Of a DNA stretch of 64,000 nt, positions 58,287 to 64,000 are shown piece after piece. The translations under genes were made by a program, and so were the position numbers. Numbering within the stretch: position 1 is the first letter of the stretch; every line of letters starts with the position of its first letter. The DNA is from Candidatus Moraniibacteriota bacterium (GTDB taxonomy: Bacteria > Patescibacteriota > Minisyncoccia > Moranbacterales > UBA2206). The notes under the pieces were generated by a model. It was given only the letters and a program-made list of their open reading frames with translations, did no database searches and had not been told where the DNA came from. The stretch lies in the NCBI GenBank assembly GCA_049303795.1, contig JBAQNM010000005.1, positions 121,597 to 185,596 on the forward strand, given 5' to 3'.

Positions 58287-58760
58287 TTATAATTTTCCTT
58301 GCTTTACTAAATCAATAGATGACGGACCAATTTGAGTTTTCATTATGAGCTTTTTATTTTTTTGATTTAAAGCATCATTTATTCTTTCCACTTGTTTTGG
58401 CGAAGTATTTTTAGGAATATCTTTTAAAGAAAAATATTCAATTTTATCAGCCTCACTTGTCTTTTTTATTTTGCCACCAACGATCTTGCACACAAAAGAA
58501 AATACTATATCAGAATTATTCTTACTATAAATCCCAGCTAAATAATCTATTTCTACATCCAAACCAACTTCTTCTTTTACTTCCCTAACTGCACATTCCC
58601 AAGGCGCTTCACCAGCCTCCACACCTCCGCCAGGCAAATTCCAAAGGTCATAATCGCGCCGATGACACAAAAGAACTTTTTTTTCTTCATCTAATATTAT
58701 CGCAAACGCTCCGATTGTGAAAGTTTTTTTCATAATATTATTTCTACCCAATCTCCACAA
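58287..58760 (-). CDS. NUDIX hydrolase
   Basis: Nudix box GGGVEAGEAPWECAVREVKEEVGL. It overlaps ispE by 17 nt inside the MEP gene block. Confidence 0.75.
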   Translation of the reverse strand: MWRLGRNNIMKKTFTIGAFAIILDEEKKVLLCHRRDYDLWNLPGGGVEAGEAPWECAVREVKEEVGLDVEIDYLAGIYSKNNSDIVFSFVCKIVGGKIKKTSEADKIEYFSLKDIPKNTSPKQVERINDALNQKNKKLIMKTQIGPSSIDLVKQGKL

Positions 58761-59613
58761 AAAATTCCGGGTATTTTTTCTTGAAAATATCTTTGACTTT
58801 CAAGGCTTCTTTTTTGGTTTTGAAAATTCCAAAAACTGTCGGACCCTTGCCTGTGATCGAAGCGCCCAGCGCGCCAAAAGAAATCAAACCATTTTTGATT
58901 TCCTTGATAATCGGGAACTTTTCCTCAGCCACGATCTCAAAATCATTATACAGCCAATTAGACATTATTTCCAAGCTTGAAGAATTCTTGATTAACCTCC
59001 GAGAAATATCTCTTCTCTTCTTGTTTTCCATAAACCACATCCGCCTATCCAACTCACCATAGGCCCAACCGGTGCCAATCTCGCCCTTAGGATTAACCAG
59101 TAGAAAATTCAGTTTTGGAAAATTTTTAATCGGTTTCAATTTTTCTCCCGCTCCACTCACATAAGCACAATTTTCTTTTTGCAAAAAAAATGGAATGTCT
59201 TTCCCAATCTGCGCCGCCAGTGCAACCAGCTTATTAAAATTCAAACTATTTTCAAAATAGTCATTAAGTGCCAAAAGAACACTCGCTCCGTTAGAACTCC
59301 CTCCACCCAATCCCGCCAAAGCCGGAATTCTTTTTTTAATTTTAATCAAAATTCCAACTTTCTTTTTTGTCAGCTCAAAAAATTTTTCTGCTATTTTCCA
59401 GCAAATATTCTTTTCATCCGTTGGGATGCTCTTATCGTCACAAAATATTTTGATGCCATCTTTTTTTTCATCAAAAATAATCTCGATTTCATCATAAAGA
59501 TTTTCGGCTTTGACCATCACCGAACGCAGACCATGAAAACCACTGGGCAATTTTTTGATAATTTCCAAAGTCAGATTTATCTTAGCCGGTGAAATTGCTT
59601 TAATTTTCTTCAT
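58744..59613 (-). CDS. ispE: 4-diphosphocytidyl-2-C-methyl-D-erythritol kinase
   Basis: SPAKINLTLEI N-terminus and GHMP kinase motif PALAGLGGGSSNGAS. Confidence 0.8.
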   Translation of the reverse strand: MKKIKAISPAKINLTLEIIKKLPSGFHGLRSVMVKAENLYDEIEIIFDEKKDGIKIFCDDKSIPTDEKNICWKIAEKFFELTKKKVGILIKIKKRIPALAGLGGGSSNGASVLLALNDYFENSLNFNKLVALAAQIGKDIPFFLQKENCAYVSGAGEKLKPIKNFPKLNFLLVNPKGEIGTGWAYGELDRRMWFMENKKRRDISRRLIKNSSSLEIMSNWLYNDFEIVAEEKFPIIKEIKNGLISFGALGASITGKGPTVFGIFKTKKEALKVKDIFKKKYPEFFVEIG

Positions 59614-60088
59614 TTTTAATTAGACTAATAATTACAAAAACTTGAATTCCTTCTCCTCGACCAAACGCTGTCAAACCATCTCCGCTCGTGGCATTAATTC
59701 CGATTCGTGATTTTTCAATTTCTAAAAGCTCCACCAATCTATTTTTCATTCGCTCTTCAATTGGCAATATTTTTGGAGTTTTCGTTTCAATAGAAATTCC
59801 CAGATTATTTATATCATACCCATCTTCTTTCATATGAGAAAGCGCCACTTTCAAATACTCCGCGCTATCAGTTATTCCCTGACCGCACATTTCATCAGCA
59901 TACACGGAAAAATTGACTCTTCCCAAAGCTTGTTCAATGGACGCGCAAATAGCGTGCAAAATCGGATCGCCATCAGAATTAGATTTCAATCCTTTTTCTC
60001 CTTCAATCTTGATTCCACCCAAAACCAATTTTTTATTCGCATCATCCGAAAACCGATGCGAATCTTGTCCAAAACCTATTTTAAACAT
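59600..60088 (-). CDS. ispF: 2-C-methyl-D-erythritol 2,4-cyclodiphosphate synthase
   Basis: MFKIGFGQDSHRF N-terminus (metal-binding D/H), 162 aa. Confidence 0.85.
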   Translation of the reverse strand: MFKIGFGQDSHRFSDDANKKLVLGGIKIEGEKGLKSNSDGDPILHAICASIEQALGRVNFSVYADEMCGQGITDSAEYLKVALSHMKEDGYDINNLGISIETKTPKILPIEERMKNRLVELLEIEKSRIGINATSGDGLTAFGRGEGIQVFVIISLIKNEEN

Positions 60089-60141
60089 AAGTTTCTAAAT
60101 AATTAAATTTTATAGTTTTCCTTGCTTAATTATACCACTAG

Positions 60142-63100
60142 TTACACCTCAAAACACTGCTGAAAAGAATATTCATAAGGACTATAAGAAAATCTCACTT
60201 CTTTTTTTAAACTATATTTCCCATAAGATTTTTTTTGAATTATTTCTTGGATTTGAAAACGATTAGATGCTATTACAGGATTGAAACGATCAAGATCATC
60301 ATTATTAGGACGACGTGGTATTAATATTTTTTCCAACCCCATTTTTTCCTTCACCTCTCTAGCATACTCTATCATCCTATCAAACAATTCCTCATTTTTC
60401 ACTTGACCCAAAATATCCAGCGAGGGATTAATTCCGGGTAAGCATAGATTATTTTCTCGAATGAAAAAGTGCATTCCACCCATAGCTTTTTTGGTTTTTG
60501 AATCAAATATTATGCAATTCATAAATTGGGGATCGTTCCAAAGTTTTTCGTCCGAAGCCACACAAACTCCCATATTATGACCCGCCACTCCGTGTTCTTT
60601 TTTCTTAGAAATGACAAATTCTAGCTCTCTTTTTTCGGCTTGTCCTGATTGCTCTTCGAATTTGAATTTATCCACCTCTTTTCTCATTTTTTTGTTAATA
60701 TCGGAAATTAAATCAGAACTGATTTTTTGATAAACCAGCTGATCACTGTCATGCTTGGCAGAAAATTCGTCAAAGGCTTTCAAAAATGCTTTGGAATTAT
60801 AATACTCTTCAGATCGATAGTCTTCTTCAGTTAAACTACCTTCATATTCTACAATAGTAGCCCCAACCTCATTTTTAATTTTATCAACATCCATGTCTTT
60901 TATTATTCCATAGCTCATCCCGAAATCTTTCAGAAATTCATCCAAATTGCCAATGACTTTTTCTTTTTTAACTGGATCATCTTGTTTTTTAATAGCATTA
61001 AGCATGTTATTCACTTTGGCGAAATTCTGAGATTGGCTGCTTCTCAATCTATTGAGCGCATCATTTTTTAATTCTTCAAACTCTTTTTCGTGCGTTTCTC
61101 GCCATTTCTTGAAACAATCCTTAATTAGATCATTTTTGATTCTCTCACCAATAAATTCCTTATATTTCATAAGCCCCTCAATACTAATTTCAAATCCGCT
61201 TTCGAGTTTTCCGCCACCGCGCGCAAGATGATAGCGATACATACTTTCAAATAAATATTCTTTGTCCTCATCTTTTTCAGAACTTTTATTTTTATATATC
61301 TCTATCAATCTTTCGGCAATTTCTACTTCATTTAGTTTCACCTTATCTTCTTTTTCAAATTCAGCATTTACTTTTTTGATCGCCTCTCCCAGCGCTACCC
61401 ATTCTTTCAAATCCAATTCTTCTCCTTCGCCTAAATTATATTTGCCGGTAGAAACTTCGATTTTTTGGTATTGCAATTCTTCCAAACTTTTTGGCACATC
61501 ATTTCGCCTGTCCGGCCGATTTTTGTTGAGCTGATCATATTGGTCTGCTGTCAACCCAGACGCCGGAGGAAAAGTATAATATGAAATTGCCGAATACAAA
61601 CTATTCTTAAAATCACTTTTTTTAATTTTTCCTTTGTAAATCTTGTCTTGTGTCTTGCTTATCATATCTTTCAATTCCTTCATTCCTTCCAAATTATTTT
61701 CCGTTTTATTTTTCTTATATTGAGAATAAATATCGAAATGGGCAATATTGATTTCTGACAAATACTCTTCAATAATTTCTTTTTCCCGCCCAATATTCCC
61801 CACCCCGACTTTAGACAAAACATTATCCAAAATATTCCTAGCTTGTGTGCCATATTTCTTTCCAATAAGCGTAATGCATTTCACATCTTCCGATGTTAAA
61901 TTTTTATAATCTGGAATCTTTTTTATTGAATCAAAATACAAATGCGCCGCGCCTCCCTGAGCGTTCATAATCGGCTCAATATCTCTACTGAAAGAAAAAT
62001 TCTTTAAATTACGCAGGGATAAAGCAATATACTTGCCGATATTAGGAATTTCTTTTATTTTAATGATGTCTTTAATTGTAGCTCCATCTGGAAAATCCGG
62101 AGCAGCTTCTTCAAAAATTCCTTCCGGCATGGAAAATTTTTCCTTAATTTCTTTTGCATGATCAGCGCGATCTTCTAAAATATCATCAATAAAAAAATTT
62201 TTGACAACTCTCTGAACAGCTTGTTCTGATAAAGAAAGACTTTGTTTAAATTTTATACTATCATCAATACTGCAACATGACAAATAATATTCAAACCCAA
62301 CCTCCTTTGGATCATCCGCATTTAACATAGCATCGAGTATTTTCCTTAAAGTAACCCCCTTCTCACTCTTATCATTTTTTTGCGAAGTTTTTATTTTTAA
62401 AAGTTCCATTTCTTCTTTATCATCAAAAGGAAGAGCTTCCAATAGTTTTTTCTGCCAATCTTTTCTAATCTTTTCTAAATATTCCTTTTTCTGAAACTGA
62501 TAGCTAGAATTAGTTAAAATATCCGTATTCTTTTCAACATATTCCAAGAAATCATCCGTGACTAATGATTCTGTGAGAAAAGGGTTTTTGTCTTGAAGGC
62601 CCCCCAAAACATTCGTGGAAAAAATAAATTGTTTTAATTTTATAATCCTTTCTTCTTTTTTGTAAGTATCCTCAAGAAGACTTTTTTTGCCAAATTTTTC
62701 GCGTAGTTTTGAATTTTTTATCGCTTCTAAAGGAGCACTGATATGATCCACTAAGCTCTTTTTTTGACTTGAATTATTCACAATAGTCACTACAGCTGAA
62801 GTTAAATTTTTAATTATTTCTTCATTTTTAGGAGAAAAACTTAGTTTTTCAGCAAGCAAAAAAATGTCTCGCAAAAACATTTCTTCAATAACCCCCTCAA
62901 AAACTTTCTTTTCCGGAAAATGTCCATCAAATCTATTCACAGCATCCTGCATAACCCGATCAAAAATTTCCTGTTGTAATTGTTGTTTTGATTTTTCTTC
63001 ATCAATTTCAATTTTTTCCTTATTAACAACCAGGTACATTCGCATATCATCCGCAATATAGTTCCCCAAATAAGTCAAAAAATTATCCGCTTCTCCATAA

Positions 63101-63729
63101 GGCAAAAAACCCCGTCCTTCCGAATTTTCTCTTGATTTTTCCTTTTTGTATTTCTTATACAAAGCTAGTCCAGGAATCATACGATTTTCAAAATCTTCTT
63201 TTCTATTTGCTTCTCTTTCTAAATATTCTTTTAATTTTATATCTTTATTGTATTCTGAATTCATCTGTCCTCCAAAAAAATCAAACTCACCATCTTTGCA
63301 TCGATATACTGCCTCCGCTAAAAGCTTCATCACTGGCTCATATTTTTCATAAATTGTTTCATTTTGTTTTTCATCTATCTCATTTTTTCCACCATTATCA
63401 TTCTCTTCTAATTTCATTGCCTCCGCTATTGCCATTTTGGCTTTTTCTAAAAGTTTTCTAGCTTTTTCTCTAATTTTTGAAAATTTTCCACCGATCTCCA
63501 AATCAGTTTCTATTTTTCCAACATCCTCAATTTCCAAACCAATTGTACTGTTTGCTTTTTTCAAAGCATTTGCACCTGATTCTTCCAAATCATTTCCAGC
63601 TTCTTCCATTTCCAAAACAGCTTTCTTGGAAAATTCCTCTGGGCTATTTGAAATTTCCAAATTTTCTAAAAGTAATTCTTCCGATTTATTTTCTTTCGGT
63701 AACGTATTTTCAATATTAGGTTCCGCCAT
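60142..63729 (-). CDS. giant (1195 aa) cytoplasmic hypothetical protein, largely charged/helical with a Cys/His-containing C-terminal domain
   Basis: Long uninterrupted ORF with no TM or signal. No recognisable catalytic motif except a conserved-looking C-terminal block (HGVAGHNMGVCVASDEKLWNDPQFMNCIIFD...GGMHFF). Confidence 0.5.
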   Translation of the reverse strand: MAEPNIENTLPKENKSEELLLENLEISNSPEEFSKKAVLEMEEAGNDLEESGANALKKANSTIGLEIEDVGKIETDLEIGGKFSKIREKARKLLEKAKMAIAEAMKLEENDNGGKNEIDEKQNETIYEKYEPVMKLLAEAVYRCKDGEFDFFGGQMNSEYNKDIKLKEYLEREANRKEDFENRMIPGLALYKKYKKEKSRENSEGRGFLPYGEADNFLTYLGNYIADDMRMYLVVNKEKIEIDEEKSKQQLQQEIFDRVMQDAVNRFDGHFPEKKVFEGVIEEMFLRDIFLLAEKLSFSPKNEEIIKNLTSAVVTIVNNSSQKKSLVDHISAPLEAIKNSKLREKFGKKSLLEDTYKKEERIIKLKQFIFSTNVLGGLQDKNPFLTESLVTDDFLEYVEKNTDILTNSSYQFQKKEYLEKIRKDWQKKLLEALPFDDKEEMELLKIKTSQKNDKSEKGVTLRKILDAMLNADDPKEVGFEYYLSCCSIDDSIKFKQSLSLSEQAVQRVVKNFFIDDILEDRADHAKEIKEKFSMPEGIFEEAAPDFPDGATIKDIIKIKEIPNIGKYIALSLRNLKNFSFSRDIEPIMNAQGGAAHLYFDSIKKIPDYKNLTSEDVKCITLIGKKYGTQARNILDNVLSKVGVGNIGREKEIIEEYLSEINIAHFDIYSQYKKNKTENNLEGMKELKDMISKTQDKIYKGKIKKSDFKNSLYSAISYYTFPPASGLTADQYDQLNKNRPDRRNDVPKSLEELQYQKIEVSTGKYNLGEGEELDLKEWVALGEAIKKVNAEFEKEDKVKLNEVEIAERLIEIYKNKSSEKDEDKEYLFESMYRYHLARGGGKLESGFEISIEGLMKYKEFIGERIKNDLIKDCFKKWRETHEKEFEELKNDALNRLRSSQSQNFAKVNNMLNAIKKQDDPVKKEKVIGNLDEFLKDFGMSYGIIKDMDVDKIKNEVGATIVEYEGSLTEEDYRSEEYYNSKAFLKAFDEFSAKHDSDQLVYQKISSDLISDINKKMRKEVDKFKFEEQSGQAEKRELEFVISKKKEHGVAGHNMGVCVASDEKLWNDPQFMNCIIFDSKTKKAMGGMHFFIRENNLCLPGINPSLDILGQVKNEELFDRMIEYAREVKEKMGLEKILIPRRPNNDDLDRFNPVIASNRFQIQEIIQKKSYGKYSLKKEVRFSYSPYEYSFQQCFEV

Positions 63730-63734
63730 ATTTT

Positions 63735-63902
63735 TTATTGTTTAATTTTTTTCAAAATATTTTCTTTCTTTTTTTCTTCCAGCCTTTGAATAAATTCATT
63801 GATTATTTCATTTTGCTCGCTTTTCAATTTAGAAATTTGAGTTAAATATTCTCTTTTAATTTTTTCTATTTTTATGATTATTTCTTGATTATCTTTTTTC
63901 AT
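63735..63902 (-). CDS. small (55 aa) coiled-coil protein, hypothetical, translationally coupled to the downstream giant gene
   Basis: The reverse complement gives MKKDNQEIIIKIEKIKREYLTQISKLKSEQNEIINEFIQRLEEKKKENILKKIKQ. Its stop lies 5 nt before the giant ORF's ATG. It is below the ORF-track length cut-off. Confidence 0.3.
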   Translation of the reverse strand: MKKDNQEIIIKIEKIKREYLTQISKLKSEQNEIINEFIQRLEEKKKENILKKIKQ

Positions 63903-63918
63903 AATTTCATTCTTTTTA

Positions 63919-64000
63919 TTTCTTATTCTTTAAAATTATCCTCGCCAATTCCAAATCAATCGGCGTGGTTATTTTAAAATTATTTTCCGAGGCCTGAATT
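63919..64000 (-). CDS. 3' end of a CDS running off the window (partial)
   Basis: The minus-strand frame is open from the window edge to a TAA at 63916-63918 (…ITTPIDLELARIILKNKK*). Confidence 0.2.

Noticed and set aside
1-64000. CRISPR arrays, cas genes, transposases, integrases, restriction-modification genes.
   Set aside because: No regularly spaced direct repeats and no recognisable Cas, transposase or integrase motifs were seen. The tRNA-Lys locus shows no flanking integrase or obvious att duplication in this window.
1-64000. Alternative genetic code (UGA recoding, as in Gracilibacteria/Absconditabacteria).
   Set aside because: Long conserved genes (nrdD, eno, P-type ATPase and the 1670-aa and 1195-aa ORFs) read through uninterrupted with the standard code, so there is no need to invoke recoding.

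Overview
The window is a low-GC, gene-dense bacterial chromosomal segment. About 60 of 62 coding genes lie on the minus strand, overlaps and intergenic gaps are short, and the standard genetic code reads cleanly. Together with fermentative metabolism, this is consistent with a reduced-genome anaerobe, plausibly Candidate Phyla Radiation (Patescibacteria); that placement is inference only. Recognisable content: half of a dcw cell-wall cluster (mraZ-rsmH-ftsL-ftsI-murF), a tRNA-Lys(UUU) and a ComEC gene split into two ORFs. A putative extracytoplasmic redox module follows (ferric-reductase-like heme membrane protein, ApbE flavin transferase, acidic Ca-binding protein). Next is a complete anaerobic ribonucleotide reductase operon (nrdR-nrdD-nrdG) with an extra free-standing copy of the NrdD glycyl-radical tail. 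After a DsbA-like oxidoreductase come the only two plus-strand genes (SpoIID-domain protein with a bizarre Lys/Tyr-rich region, Cys-rich anchored protein). A MacAB-like ABC exporter (HlyD adaptor, ATPase, two FtsX permeases) carries an embedded methyltransferase-domain gene. Then rnhA, a 1670-aa cytoplasmic giant fusing an M48-type zinc protease motif to an ABC1/UbiB atypical kinase domain, recJ and an atypical REC-zinc-ribbon regulator. ADP-forming acetyl-CoA synthetase, a pfkB kinase, lower glycolysis (gpmI, eno, pgk), glyA, galU, speH and hpf precede the second dcw block (murB, a P-type Ca-ATPase insertion, murC, murG, ftsW). The window ends with trmD, a KH protein, a pseudouridine synthase, the MEP genes ispH-ispG-(NUDIX)-ispE-ispF and a second, 1195-aa giant hypothetical protein preceded by a tiny coiled-coil ORF. 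No CRISPR array, integrase or transposase was seen. The most interesting candidates are the NrdD 'spare-part' glycyl-radical mini-protein, the M48-ABC1 giant, and the methyltransferase-like gene inside the ABC exporter operon.
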